Below, piece by piece: positions 15,582 through 26,857 of a DNA stretch of 62,553 nt (position 1 is its first letter; each line of letters starts with the position of its first letter). The notes under the pieces are model-generated. The model was not told the DNA's origin and made no database searches. It saw only the letters and a program-made list of their open reading frames with translations. Made by a program: the position numbers and the translations under genes. The DNA is from a virus (taxonomy: Duplodnaviria > Caudoviricetes). The stretch is taken from IMG/VR virus record IMGVR_UViG_3300042564_005954, positions 1-62,553 of that record; one strand, 5' to 3'.

Positions 15582-18272
15582 ATGTCATTTAATTTAAAGG
15601 AATACATTCTTTATAGAACTGAAATAAAAAGAGAGTTATTTAATACTGAGGTTGATAATAACTTTAAGATGGTTGCAAATCCTTGGGCAGAAGAAAGAGT
15701 ATATGAAGAAGGAAATATTGTTTATCATCCTGTTGTTGTTGAACCAGTCACAGGCATACCTCAACCTACAGGCGGTGGTTCGCAATCACTTGCTTGGTGG
15801 AGAGCTAATAAAAGAACTACAAAGGGAGTTTTTCTTTTAGACGAATGGGATCTTGTTGGAGGAGTAGGAACAGGAGATCTTTCTGTTCAAGGGGCAGATG
15901 GATTTGGTAAAATTCTTGTAAATTATTCAGGACCTACTGGTTCTTTTCAAGGTGGTCCTAATGGATTAATCACATCGCCTAACCCTAATGCAACTATAAA
16001 TTATATTGCAGGTGCTGGTATGCAATTACAATGGGATCAAAGTAGTAACTCAATTAAGTTTATAAATGTAACTGCAGGTGGCGAAGTAAATCACGGACTT
16101 AACATAGGAACTGGTAATGCAGTATATGCAGGCTTAAGTGGAACTGATTTGCAATTCAGAGGTTTTTCTGCTTCTAATACATCAAGTAATCCTGCATTAA
16201 CCACTACAATAAATAGCTTTACAAGTAACATAAATTATAACTTAGACTCAGGAGAAATATTCTTAGGTGAATTAAGTGGAGGCAATCCTACAGCAGATGA
16301 ACTTAGCGATATTACCTATCCATCAGGTCTTCCTACAAATGGTGATCTTTTACAATGGAGTTCTTCTCTGGGATCTTGGATTCCAGTTTCAATAAGTTTA
16401 TTAGGTGTAAATAATATTTATGATAACAGTGCAGTAATAGCAAATGCAACAAGAACGGTTACTCTTAATAGTACTGTTGGTGGCAGTTTAAATTTTCAAT
16501 CATCTGCTGGTGTGTCTGGGCTTAGAATTAACAATGCTGGTACTGGATTTGTAATAGGAACGGTTTTAGGTACATCACCAACATCACTTCTTGACTTAAG
16601 ACCTAATGATACTAATCCTTATCAATTTATGATTGATCAAAAAAGTGGAGGAGGCGATTCAGTCATTAGTGTTGGAAATGAAGTAGGCACGCCCGGTAGA
16701 AAATTTCTTTTAGGCTATGATACAAGTCAAACGTCGTTTGGTATAAATGGTGGATCTGCGTTTACAGGGTTTTCTTCTTTGCAAGGTAAAGGAGTTGATT
16801 TTTTAACAATATCAAATAGCGGTACATTTTACATACCTTATCTAGGTGCTCCTACAGTATCTGCTTTAGGAAATGATCAATTTTTAACATTTGCTGAAAA
16901 TGATTCACAGGGTTTAGACACAAAAGGAACAATCAGATCTGAGAGAGATCTTACATGGACATATGATGGTACAAATGGTTTACTAAGTACTGCTAAACAA
17001 TTTAGAATAAATTCTACAGATCCTTTTAGAACAGCTGCTGGTTATAAGTCAGGTTTGTGGGTTCAAAATGTAAGACTTAATAATACTGGAACCAATGACT
17101 TTAGTATACACTCAAGGGTGGTGCAATCAGACAGTCCGTTAAACGTTGAAGTAACAGGTATTTATTCTACATTAGAAGAAGATGGTTTAGGAGATACAAT
17201 CAATTCACAAGTTAACCGTTATGAAAAACAAAGTGCTGGTAGTTCTGAAATAAATCTTTCAGGATTTGAAACCGTAATAAGAGATAGTGGGGCAAATAAA
17301 TCATTCGGTGCTTTGCTAGGATCTGAAAGTACAACTGTTTCACAACAATGGGGTTTAGGCGTTTATTGGATTGACACTGCTGTTGCTGATAGCAAAATTG
17401 GTATTTTTTCAGATACTGCAAATATTTACTCTAGCAAATTTGATATTTATGAAAACGGCGAAACATGGTCAGGTTTATTTAGAGGGTGTGTAGCTGTAAA
17501 AGATGGCGGACTTGTTCTTGATACGTTTTCATCTACACCAAATTGTAACGTTACGCCTAGCGGTGAAATTCCTTATGAAGATAGGACTCTTTGGATTAAT
17601 GAAAATAATGGACACTTGTACAGAGGCACACAAGATTTAGAAGCAGCATTAGGTGGTTCATTTAAAACTGTTTTAGCAAGTTCAAGTTTTAGAGTTTCCA
17701 GTGATTCTAATAATTTTGCGAGTGATCCTTATGTTATAGGGTTTCCGACCGAACTTTCATTTGGTGGAGATCATGACTTATTTTCACCTTCTGATTTTCC
17801 TGGTAGCTGGGACAGTAATGCTTGGAACGATTGTTATAATGTAACTGTAACTACAACACCTGGCAGTTTAAGTTCAATTGATTCTAATGGATACGGCTGT
17901 TTAATACCTGTTCCTTATCCTTTAGCAATAGGGCAAAAATTAAAATTAACAAGTTTAGGCAGACTTTCCTATAATGCATACCAAGTCGGTACAGTATTTA
18001 AACAAGCAGTTTTACATGTTGATCAAAATGACTTCTTGGATATAACTGGTAATAATACAACCGTTGAGGTTTTAGGAAGTGATTCATATCTTGCTGATGT
18101 TAATAATAGTCCAGTTGCAATTTTTAATACTTCATTGGATATTACATTAACCAAAAACTTAGCAGCTGGCGATTACTTAATGGTAGGGTTTGGTCTTAAT
18201 GACTACAATTCAAGTGCTACACCATCAAATCGTTTAACTGTTTCTTGGACATTAAGCGCATCTGATTCTTAA
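15582..18272 (+). CDS. Tail fibre / receptor-binding-like structural protein
   Basis: 896 aa, Gly/Ser/Thr/Asn-rich; N-terminal W..YEEGNIVY..WWRA carbohydrate-binding-like module; NGDLLQW motif. Confidence 0.6.
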   Translation: MSFNLKEYILYRTEIKRELFNTEVDNNFKMVANPWAEERVYEEGNIVYHPVVVEPVTGIPQPTGGGSQSLAWWRANKRTTKGVFLLDEWDLVGGVGTGDLSVQGADGFGKILVNYSGPTGSFQGGPNGLITSPNPNATINYIAGAGMQLQWDQSSNSIKFINVTAGGEVNHGLNIGTGNAVYAGLSGTDLQFRGFSASNTSSNPALTTTINSFTSNINYNLDSGEIFLGELSGGNPTADELSDITYPSGLPTNGDLLQWSSSLGSWIPVSISLLGVNNIYDNSAVIANATRTVTLNSTVGGSLNFQSSAGVSGLRINNAGTGFVIGTVLGTSPTSLLDLRPNDTNPYQFMIDQKSGGGDSVISVGNEVGTPGRKFLLGYDTSQTSFGINGGSAFTGFSSLQGKGVDFLTISNSGTFYIPYLGAPTVSALGNDQFLTFAENDSQGLDTKGTIRSERDLTWTYDGTNGLLSTAKQFRINSTDPFRTAAGYKSGLWVQNVRLNNTGTNDFSIHSRVVQSDSPLNVEVTGIYSTLEEDGLGDTINSQVNRYEKQSAGSSEINLSGFETVIRDSGANKSFGALLGSESTTVSQQWGLGVYWIDTAVADSKIGIFSDTANIYSSKFDIYENGETWSGLFRGCVAVKDGGLVLDTFSSTPNCNVTPSGEIPYEDRTLWINENNGHLYRGTQDLEAALGGSFKTVLASSSFRVSSDSNNFASDPYVIGFPTELSFGGDHDLFSPSDFPGSWDSNAWNDCYNVTVTTTPGSLSSIDSNGYGCLIPVPYPLAIGQKLKLTSLGRLSYNAYQVGTVFKQAVLHVDQNDFLDITGNNTTVEVLGSDSYLADVNNSPVAIFNTSLDITLTKNLAAGDYLMVGFGLNDYNSSATPSNRLTVSWTLSASDS

Positions 18273-18327
18273 TAAATTTCTTTCAGATTTATAAGTTTCT
18301 TTTTATTTTTTATTTAAACAACGTTTT

Positions 18328-18795
18328 ATGGAAATTACAAAATACCAATGGATAAAAGGTGATAAGATTGGCAATGTTGAAGACATAATTGATTATGGCC
18401 AAGAATGGATAACCTTTAAAAATGGTGGTAGAATAGCATCATCTTTATTAAATGAGTTTATGGTTCCAATACAATGGGATAACCAAATAATGGATTTTAG
18501 TTCACAAACTGAAGTTCCAAAGCAGCCTCAAAAAATAACAAAAAGAGAAGAAAAACCACAAACATCATTTCTGTATGATCTTATTGATAATATAAAGGTA
18601 AAGGAAAATCATACAACAGAATTTGAAATAAATTTTAAACTTCCTAAAAAGGAAATGATTAATGTTTTAGTATCATCTTATGCCGAGGAAGAAGTGTTAC
18701 TTACTCTTAAAGAATATGTTCTTAATCAAATTGATATGAAATCTTTACACGAAACAATAAAGAGTAAATTTAGTGATATATCTATTTTTCTATAA
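18328..18795 (+). CDS. Hypothetical protein
   Basis: 155-aa ORF. Confidence 0.65.
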   Translation: MEITKYQWIKGDKIGNVEDIIDYGQEWITFKNGGRIASSLLNEFMVPIQWDNQIMDFSSQTEVPKQPQKITKREEKPQTSFLYDLIDNIKVKENHTTEFEINFKLPKKEMINVLVSSYAEEEVLLTLKEYVLNQIDMKSLHETIKSKFSDISIFL

Positions 18796-18854
18796 TGTTA
18801 ATCTTACATCTAGCACACTTATTAATCTATAATATATAATTCAAATACCAACAT

Positions 18855-19241
18855 ATGCAAACATTACCAAATCGTTTTACAAGAAGAAAAATTAATAAAT
18901 ATAATGGATTTGTAAACCTAAAAAGAAAACTTTTATTTTCAGCATGGTGTAAATTTGTTTTAAATTTACAAAAAGGTGGAAACGAATTACATAATTCAAA
19001 TGTAGACAGACAAGATAAAATTTACCATGAAATTTTAGAAGCAAGAGAATTGGTAAAAATTGAATTTTGGAAAAACTTAGGTCATACCGAAGAAGAAATA
19101 AAAAATCTTAGAATTGCATTTGCAATTACTGCTGTTAAAAATAGAGATACTTGGCAAACTGATAAAAAGGTTGCAAGAAAAATCTTTAAAGAAACTGCAG
19201 AGTCTTTAAGAAAAAGAAAACAAGAAGGTATTACTAAATAA
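18855..19241 (+). CDS. Hypothetical basic protein
   Basis: 128-aa ORF, NRFTRR N-terminus; AATATATA box at 18831. Confidence 0.65.
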   Translation: MQTLPNRFTRRKINKYNGFVNLKRKLLFSAWCKFVLNLQKGGNELHNSNVDRQDKIYHEILEARELVKIEFWKNLGHTEEEIKNLRIAFAITAVKNRDTWQTDKKVARKIFKETAESLRKRKQEGITK

Positions 19242-19627
19242 TGGAAGAACTGTTAGAAGTTAATTTTGTTTATGCAAATGAACCTTATAAAGTAAAGTCT
19301 TTCTTGGAAAGAATTCCAAGAAATATAGAATGTATTAATTACATTGACATTTACGATAAATTAGCAAAAAATGATTACTATGATCATAAGCCTTCTGATG
19401 CTGTTGTTTCTACATATCTTATAAAGCAGATTCAATATGTTATAGAAAAAGATCTACGATCTGTTTATTATGTGTTAGGCTGTATTGAAAAAGAAAGTGT
19501 ACAAAATATACAACGCTATATGCAATCTTTAACAAATAAAAGTATAGTGTTTAACATATATCATTCTGTAGATATAAACTTAAATGGTTCAAGTAAACTT
19601 TTTCAAGAGTTAAGAGAATTTGAATGA
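19241..19627 (+). CDS. Hypothetical protein
   Basis: TAATG coupling to the previous gene. Confidence 0.65.
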   Translation: MEELLEVNFVYANEPYKVKSFLERIPRNIECINYIDIYDKLAKNDYYDHKPSDAVVSTYLIKQIQYVIEKDLRSVYYVLGCIEKESVQNIQRYMQSLTNKSIVFNIYHSVDINLNGSSKLFQELREFE

Positions 19628-20187
19628 AAAAACACAGAGTCTTTAATAAGGGTGAGTATGTTTATTGTCTTTTGGCATCATATACTAACCCTGATATGCT
19701 TATTCCAATAAAAGGGATAATCATTGATACAAAATGGGATCTTGTGAATCCTCTTTATAAAATAAAAATTATTAAGTTTTACGATAACATAAACTTTTTA
19801 AAGAAGCATTTTTTTGATATGCTTTTTAAGTGTTCGTTTGACAAGAGATCTAAACCATTAGCATTAAAGGCAGAAAATTTTAATCGTGTTATTGATTTAG
19901 AAGAAAGACTAAATGAAAAAGATAGCCACCGCTTTCATGTTGTAGTGGAATCTGTTATGTGTACAAAAACTTCACCTGAATTAAAAGAACTATTTAATAG
20001 AGTACAGTTCTTTTTAATATCAAGAAACCTAAAAGAAATTAGAGAATTTTCGTCAAGGGCTTTTTATAAAGGCCCTTTCTCTATTGATAGCATACCTGAA
20101 TTTAATAAAAGATTTAAAGCAGGTTGGGAAGACAAGTTTAAAAAGGAAAATCTTGACATAGATAAATACCTTGATACACTTTCTTAA
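19624..20187 (+). CDS. Hypothetical protein
   Basis: ATGA coupling; 187 aa. Confidence 0.65.
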   Translation: MKKHRVFNKGEYVYCLLASYTNPDMLIPIKGIIIDTKWDLVNPLYKIKIIKFYDNINFLKKHFFDMLFKCSFDKRSKPLALKAENFNRVIDLEERLNEKDSHRFHVVVESVMCTKTSPELKELFNRVQFFLISRNLKEIREFSSRAFYKGPFSIDSIPEFNKRFKAGWEDKFKKENLDIDKYLDTLS

Positions 20188-20209
20188 TATATAAAATAAA
20201 TAGGTTGGA

Positions 20210-22000
20210 ATGCCAGATAATAATAATACGGTAACAAGTATAAATAGTGCTTTACCTCAACCTCAGCAATTTTCAGATAGAAATACAACATTAGGTGTTT
20301 TTGGTGGTGAATCATTTGGATTTGCATCTTCCGTTGAATCAAGATATGCTTCAAACTTTTATGTTAACAGAGTACAACCTGATGGGTTAACTGTACCTAA
20401 AGCATTTAATGATTTTTTACCTCGTTCAATTTTTAATCAGTATGCACTTTTTAATTATAGAGGTTTATACGGTGGTCTATTAGGAAGTACTGCTAATGGT
20501 TATTTTGATAATGGAAATAGAGGAAGTCTTAGCGGTGAAAATGCAGCAAGAGAAATATCAGTTTCAAAAATTATAGAATTTTATAACACATATTACCCTA
20601 AAATTTCATACGATCCTTCAAATTTTTTATATTCAAAATATTATAAAAAAATACCACCTAATCATCTTATAACATTAAGAAGATTCCCTCTTCCTGTAAA
20701 TGATAATATTTTTGATTTATTTGCAACTCCAGGAACAAAAGATCCTGAAACAAAAGCATTACCCGATGCTGTTGATGTTAATCAAGTTGCAGGTGTTACT
20801 GCAATAACATACTTAGGAGAAACTGCAGGCAATCCTATTGATCAACTTCTTTCTTTTACATTTGGTTTAAAATGGAAAGAAGTTAACTCTGAAATGGAAT
20901 CAATATCCACCGGTGATAAAGGATATACTAGTCAACCTTTTTATAATAAGATAGGCCCATTAGGTAGAGCAACTGCAGATTCACTTAAAGGTATAGATGC
21001 AGGTACTAAATTTAGAAGGGAGATTTCTCCTAATGGAGATCCGTTAGGTCAAACATATGCAAACTTTGTATTAGGACCTATAAATGTCATAGATCAAACA
21101 ACTTCAAGAGATAGAGGTCTTAAATTTGACCAAGACATGAAACTTATTTTTGAATATGAGTTAAGATCTCTTAATTATGTTAATCCTAAAATAGCAATGA
21201 TTGATGTAATAAGTAATATGTTAACAATGACCACAAACAATGCTCAATTTTTTGGAGGTGGACAAAGATATTATGGATCACAAGGTTTTGTTGCTAGCCA
21301 ATTTGGTGATATAAATAAGTTAAGACAGGGAGATTTTTCAGGATATATAGGAAGTGTTGTTAATGATGTTTCAACTGGATTTAAAGGATTATTTGGTAAT
21401 GCATCAGGAGGATTTGATGCAGCTAGTTTAGGTTCAGGATTACTCACAGCAGGAAAAACACTATTAGGAAATATATTAGGTGGATTTTTATCAAGTGAAG
21501 TAGGCGCAGTGGAAGGTGTACAAGCAAGTAAAGCATTAATAAGCGGTGAACCTACTGGTAATTGGCATGTTACAATAGGAAATCCTCTTAATCCTATACT
21601 TGTTATGGGTAATATGTATTGTGATAATGCTGTTATGACATTAGGTAAAGGATTAGGATTTGATGATTTCCCGATGGAGGCAAAGTTTGAAATTAGCGTT
21701 AAACATGGTAAGCCTAGAGATAAGGGGGATATAGAAAATATGTTTAATGCAGGTAGAGGTAGAATATATGCATCAGCGGCTAATGAAGAAGATGTTTTAA
21801 ATTTAGCAGGTAAAGATCCAGTAGTTTTCGGTGCAGTCCAACAGAACATAGGTAATGTTAATCTTCAACCTACACAATCAGACAATGGACCAACACCGTC
21901 TAGCTTAGAGAAAAATAAAGCATCAACTACTTCTAGCAAGCAAGAACCTGCACCAGGAAGTTACATTAGCAATCTTGTCAGTATGATGATTGATTCTTAA
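20210..22000 (+). CDS. Putative tail/baseplate protein
   Basis: 596 aa at the start of the baseplate cluster; Gly-rich amphipathic segment; AATATATA box at 20186. Confidence 0.5.
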   Translation: MPDNNNTVTSINSALPQPQQFSDRNTTLGVFGGESFGFASSVESRYASNFYVNRVQPDGLTVPKAFNDFLPRSIFNQYALFNYRGLYGGLLGSTANGYFDNGNRGSLSGENAAREISVSKIIEFYNTYYPKISYDPSNFLYSKYYKKIPPNHLITLRRFPLPVNDNIFDLFATPGTKDPETKALPDAVDVNQVAGVTAITYLGETAGNPIDQLLSFTFGLKWKEVNSEMESISTGDKGYTSQPFYNKIGPLGRATADSLKGIDAGTKFRREISPNGDPLGQTYANFVLGPINVIDQTTSRDRGLKFDQDMKLIFEYELRSLNYVNPKIAMIDVISNMLTMTTNNAQFFGGGQRYYGSQGFVASQFGDINKLRQGDFSGYIGSVVNDVSTGFKGLFGNASGGFDAASLGSGLLTAGKTLLGNILGGFLSSEVGAVEGVQASKALISGEPTGNWHVTIGNPLNPILVMGNMYCDNAVMTLGKGLGFDDFPMEAKFEISVKHGKPRDKGDIENMFNAGRGRIYASAANEEDVLNLAGKDPVVFGAVQQNIGNVNLQPTQSDNGPTPSSLEKNKASTTSSKQEPAPGSYISNLVSMMIDS

Positions 22001-22012
22001 AAAATATTTAAT

Positions 22013-22549
22013 ATGAATATAAAGTCTCTTTCTCTTAAGAATACATTAATAAATGAAAGTACTGGTGAAAACTACTTTGATTTAACGGCCCCTTCTTTTA
22101 CATATGATGTAAATGCAGGAATTAAAGCTCTTCATTATGTAACCTTAGATCAAATAGGTAGAATAGATAAAATATCTGAACTTTATTTTGGTACCGGCGA
22201 ATATGTTGATGCTATATGTGTAATCAATAATATCTTTAATCCCTTCAGTATAAATGAAGGCGATTTTATTGTAATACCTAATTTAAGTAGAGAAGACTTA
22301 TTTTATAAAAGACCTAATACGATTAGTAGACCTAATGCTGTACAAGGGCCTTATATAAATACTGATGTACAATCAACTAAAGATCAGTCAAGAATACAGA
22401 GATTAATACAAAAGGCAAAAAATAAAAAATCAGGTGTTAACACGCCGCTGCCTCCTAATATGTTACAGCAAGGTCAATCTGCTAATACATTCCAAAATGG
22501 AAAAATAATTTTAGGTTCAAATCTTAATACCAGAAATACTGAAGAATAA
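22013..22549 (+). CDS. Baseplate wedge protein, gp53/LysM-like
   Basis: GRIDKISELYFG...NNIFNPFSINEGDFIVIP pattern. Confidence 0.65.
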   Translation: MNIKSLSLKNTLINESTGENYFDLTAPSFTYDVNAGIKALHYVTLDQIGRIDKISELYFGTGEYVDAICVINNIFNPFSINEGDFIVIPNLSREDLFYKRPNTISRPNAVQGPYINTDVQSTKDQSRIQRLIQKAKNKKSGVNTPLPPNMLQQGQSANTFQNGKIILGSNLNTRNTEE

Positions 22550-24030
22550 TGGCAACTAACCAAATAGAAAGAAATATCTTAACTATTATTGAACCTACGA
22601 TAGAGTTAGATGAATTAAGTATTCCTGATGTTGAAAGCGGTACTGAAAATTCTAATGGGCAAACTATAAAGGAAAAACCTTCCAAGTTTTCTCAAATGAT
22701 TCCTGAGATACGTATAAATGGTTATGATGTACAAGGAGACAGATTAGAATTTTTTAGATTAAGAAATACAGAATTTTATCCTACCTGTAGGATTATTTTT
22801 TCTGATGTTGACGGTTTCTTTTTGGCAAGATTTTTTCCAAAAGATGGTGATCTTATACAGGTACACATAAGATCTCAAGGAGATGAAACTACATTTAAAC
22901 CAATAAGAATTGATTTTCTTGTTACTTATATAAGTCCAGCAGGTGGCGGTGGTAATGTGTCAGCAAATAAATTTATAGTAGAAGGTAGAATGAATGTACC
23001 TAATTTATTTACTGAAAGAGCTGCCTTTTATGAAGACACTAGTTGGAATACACTATTAACAATAGCAGAAGAATTACAGTTAGGTTATGCATCAAATGTA
23101 GAAGATACTGCTGATAGTATGACATGGATAAATCCAAATGATACTGCTGAAAAGTTTATATTGGATACTATTGCAAATTCATATCTTAATGATGATACAT
23201 TTTTTACTGCATATATAGATCCTTATTATTATTTAACATTTGTTGATGTTAACAGACTTTTTAACCAAGAAGGCGATATTGAAGTAAGTCAAGCTTACGC
23301 ACAAAATGCAGGTGATACTATGGGTGCTGAGGATGCATCTGGTCAAGTTGATGAATACCCTAATTTTTTAGGCAATATGTTACAAATGCAAGGGAGTGCA
23401 AGATATATTTCAAAATATGAAATGATTAGTGAAACAGGCGCAGTTAGTAAAGATAACGGTTATAAAAGATATGCTCAATACTGGGATTTGGAAGCAAAGG
23501 AATTTGTAAGTGAATTTATTGATCCTTTAACTGATAACACACCAGGTATGATTCCTGTTACAAAGGGGAGAATAATAAACGGAGAACCCGAAGGACCGAG
23601 AGATAATCAAAATAGGTTTAAGTACTTAGGCATGAGTGGTGATAATGTTCATGATGAATATATGTACAGCGTAATTTTAAACTACCAAAATTTAGTTGAA
23701 GTCACTAAAATGGGAATGATTATTGAATTAGATACAATTAATCCTGCTCTTGTTAGGTATTCAAGAATATATTGTCAAATTTTAGAATTTGCACAACCTA
23801 TAAAAGATGTTTTACTAAATCCTAGTACGTCTGAACAAAATCCTAATCCAAATTCTCAACAAAGAGATATCAATCCTTTATTGGATGATACATCTACTGA
23901 AAACGGTGTTATAAATGAATTTCTTAGTGGTTTTTATGTAATAAATGGCTTGGAGTATATTTTAACAACGCCGGGTGGTATAAGAATGAAATTATATTTA
24001 CAAAGAAGAGAATTTACTCCTAGTACATAA
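22549..24030 (+). CDS. Putative baseplate hub protein
   Basis: Lies between gp53-like and gp5-like genes; C-terminal LSGFYVI motif. Confidence 0.5.
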   Translation: MATNQIERNILTIIEPTIELDELSIPDVESGTENSNGQTIKEKPSKFSQMIPEIRINGYDVQGDRLEFFRLRNTEFYPTCRIIFSDVDGFFLARFFPKDGDLIQVHIRSQGDETTFKPIRIDFLVTYISPAGGGGNVSANKFIVEGRMNVPNLFTERAAFYEDTSWNTLLTIAEELQLGYASNVEDTADSMTWINPNDTAEKFILDTIANSYLNDDTFFTAYIDPYYYLTFVDVNRLFNQEGDIEVSQAYAQNAGDTMGAEDASGQVDEYPNFLGNMLQMQGSARYISKYEMISETGAVSKDNGYKRYAQYWDLEAKEFVSEFIDPLTDNTPGMIPVTKGRIINGEPEGPRDNQNRFKYLGMSGDNVHDEYMYSVILNYQNLVEVTKMGMIIELDTINPALVRYSRIYCQILEFAQPIKDVLLNPSTSEQNPNPNSQQRDINPLLDDTSTENGVINEFLSGFYVINGLEYILTTPGGIRMKLYLQRREFTPST

Positions 24031-24059
24031 TCTGTAATATATAAACTAATAACTTAAAA

Positions 24060-25505
24060 ATGCCTAATATACAATTTCCTAGTTCATATTCTTTTGCAAA
24101 AAGATTTGTTTCATCGTCATTTACAACAGTTGGCGGTGGTAATGGTGTTACTGCATTTGATGATCCTACGTATTTAGGTTTTACTTTAGTTTTTGATAGA
24201 ACCAGTCCATTATTTAATGGTGCCGATAAAGGAGAAACTCAACCGGCAAATTCTCAATTAGGTTCTCAACAAAGTCCTACACAAGGTGGTGGTCAAGTTA
24301 ATCTAAATTTGCCTGATTCTCCACCACAAGGCGGCCAGGCAAAAACAATACCAGGTGGAGAATCTGCAGTTGGATATTTAGAGGCCATTGGTGAAAAAAC
24401 TAGAGCAACATATCTTAGATCATTTATACAAGGTTTATTGGAAATAAATGATACACGTCCATATTATTGGCAGTCAATAAGCGGTTTAGTTGAAGCATGG
24501 GAAAAAACATTTAATTTTGATGATCCTTATATAGGAACAAAAATAGGTGAAACTGGTGAAGGTATTCAAATAGATTGTTTAGAAGCCATAGATTTAAAAA
24601 TGTCTGCATTATTTACGCTGTATAAAATGGCAGTGTATGATAATAAGTATAGGAGATATATTCTACCTAAAAATCTTATGTACTTTGATGCTTATGTTTA
24701 TGTACAAGAAATAAGAAAATTTAATACACTGTTAGATGTTACAGATAGAGAAATAAAAACAGGTGAATTTGTTAACCAAAACACTTCACAAATTTGTTTT
24801 AAGTTTGGGCAATGTACATGGATACCAATAGTAGCAAGTAAAGTTTTTGATGGTGTAAAAAATTCAGGTGGTAATGAAGTTGCGGCCAGTTCTATTAAAT
24901 GGGGTTATAGCACGATAGAAATGATTTCTCAGTTTTCAGGTTATAACTCTTCTTTAAATGAAAGCAGAAAACAAACTGGATCAGATATTAGTACTGGTAA
25001 CCCTTCCTTAGGAAGTAAGCTATTTCCTAAAAGTCCAGTGGTAACAGATGCAAAATTTGTTGATCAATTAAAACAAACATTGCGAGATCAATTTGGTGTA
25101 TTTGAAGATAACTTTAACAGATTATCAACAAAAGAAAATTTAGGCAATACATTCTCTGGCGAATTAAGTAGATTACGAAATGTTGCTTTACAAAGAATAA
25201 GTTTGGGAAATATTTTTGGTATAAGAAATCAACTTTTACAGAATATACAAAATCCTCAACTTTTACAAAATGCAGTTAATGGTGCAGCATTTCAAATAGC
25301 AGAAACAATAAGAAATAGAAATAGAAGAGGGCCTAGTATAGGTGATAATCCTTTAGGCGATGGTATTGAGCCTAGAAATACTATATCCGCAGGTAGTATA
25401 TTTCCGGACTTACCAGATCAAACTAATTTAGGATCAAGCAATATTTTTGGATCTGCTCCATCAGGTCCTCCACCTTTAGATTCAACTAATGTATTTGGCC
25501 AATGA
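24060..25505 (+). CDS. Putative tail tube-related/baseplate protein
   Basis: 481 aa in the baseplate cluster; AATATATA box at 24036. Confidence 0.45.
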   Translation: MPNIQFPSSYSFAKRFVSSSFTTVGGGNGVTAFDDPTYLGFTLVFDRTSPLFNGADKGETQPANSQLGSQQSPTQGGGQVNLNLPDSPPQGGQAKTIPGGESAVGYLEAIGEKTRATYLRSFIQGLLEINDTRPYYWQSISGLVEAWEKTFNFDDPYIGTKIGETGEGIQIDCLEAIDLKMSALFTLYKMAVYDNKYRRYILPKNLMYFDAYVYVQEIRKFNTLLDVTDREIKTGEFVNQNTSQICFKFGQCTWIPIVASKVFDGVKNSGGNEVAASSIKWGYSTIEMISQFSGYNSSLNESRKQTGSDISTGNPSLGSKLFPKSPVVTDAKFVDQLKQTLRDQFGVFEDNFNRLSTKENLGNTFSGELSRLRNVALQRISLGNIFGIRNQLLQNIQNPQLLQNAVNGAAFQIAETIRNRNRRGPSIGDNPLGDGIEPRNTISAGSIFPDLPDQTNLGSSNIFGSAPSGPPPLDSTNVFGQ

Positions 25506-26407
25506 AAATAAATGTAAAAGATTTAATAAGTGATAATCTTATAGGTACACAATGGGTAGGTGTAATAGAAGATACTGAAGATCCTCTTTTTGAAGGAAGA
25601 TGTCGCATTAGAGTTTTTGGTAAATTTGATATGAGACAAGATTTAGAAGATCCTCAGAGTGACTTTATTATACCTAGTGATAAATTACCATGGGCAAGAC
25701 CTGGTAATCTTTATAGTGGTGGAAGTAACACCGGTTCTGGTACTTTTTCTGTTCCTAAGCTAGGTTCTTTTGTAAAAGTTACGTTTGATAGTGGTAATGT
25801 ATATTCTCCTATTTATCATGAAACTGTTTATCCATCTGATGAATTAAAGGCAGAAGTACAAGGATCTTATCAAAATTCTCATGTTCTTATTTATGATACA
25901 GCGTTCGGTTTAACAAAAGATGATAATGATCAAATAAGTAATAACAGAGAAGGCGAAGGTATTAAAGTTTTTTTTACCGAAGAAAGCGGTTTAGTTCTTG
26001 ATTATGCAACCGCCGATGGTTCTTCAATTATAAACATAAGACCTGATAACACGATTTATATTGAACATGCTGGTGGAAAGGCAATACATATTCAAAGGGA
26101 TAAAATAAGCATAGGCAAAGAAACTGAAAGTGATGAACCTGCAGTATTAGGAAATAAAAATGTAGATGCTTTAACTGCTTTGGCAGATCAAATAAATGCT
26201 CTTTCTAGGTCTTTACAAACATTTGCAACTCAACAAGCATCTATTGCATCTTCTGTTTATTTTTTAGCCCCCTTAGCTCCAGCATTAACACAATTAGGCG
26301 TTGACCAAGGTCCTATTCAAACTCAAATAGAATCTCCAATAAAAGCAACTACAATCCCACAGACAAGAAGTTCAACGGTTTCTATTGATGGCCCTTCTAT
26401 CACATAA
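25502..26407 (+). CDS. Baseplate central spike, gp5/VgrG OB-fold
   Basis: WVGVIEDTEDPLFEGRCRIRVFG...LPWA...VPKLGSFVKV motif. Confidence 0.85.
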   Translation: MKINVKDLISDNLIGTQWVGVIEDTEDPLFEGRCRIRVFGKFDMRQDLEDPQSDFIIPSDKLPWARPGNLYSGGSNTGSGTFSVPKLGSFVKVTFDSGNVYSPIYHETVYPSDELKAEVQGSYQNSHVLIYDTAFGLTKDDNDQISNNREGEGIKVFFTEESGLVLDYATADGSSIINIRPDNTIYIEHAGGKAIHIQRDKISIGKETESDEPAVLGNKNVDALTALADQINALSRSLQTFATQQASIASSVYFLAPLAPALTQLGVDQGPIQTQIESPIKATTIPQTRSSTVSIDGPSIT

Positions 26408-26434
26408 TATATAATATAGTTAAAACAAATAAAC

Positions 26435-26818
26435 ATGGCACTAGTTCCAGCAACTCTTTTTCAAACATTGTTTCCTGCATTTAAAGATGCTGCTAAAGAA
26501 GCAATGATTTTATATAATAGGTCAATAGATCCTAATGATAATGGCACTGAAACCATAACAACAAATTTTGGCCCACCTGTAATTATTAATCTTAATACAG
26601 AGAGTGGCAATAAAAAAGTTGATTTATCAAAAGCTTCGGAAGTATTTGGAGATGCTCTTGCTGCAAAGTTAGTTCCAATACTTGTTAACCAAATAGATAC
26701 ATATATCAAAACAGCTGGAGTTACTATTCCACCAGGTCAAGCAATCGCAGGTACAAGTCCAGCAGGTCCTGTAACAGGTGCAGCAATATCACCATCTCCA
26801 ATAGGTACAATTTCATAA
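26435..26818 (+). CDS. Hypothetical structural protein next to the spike
   Basis: IDTYIK...Pro/Gly-rich C-terminus; AATATATA box at 26406. Confidence 0.55.
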   Translation: MALVPATLFQTLFPAFKDAAKEAMILYNRSIDPNDNGTETITTNFGPPVIINLNTESGNKKVDLSKASEVFGDALAAKLVPILVNQIDTYIKTAGVTIPPGQAIAGTSPAGPVTGAAISPSPIGTIS

Positions 26819-26857
26819 TTATTAATAAACTTTTTATAAACTTTTTAAAATAAAAAA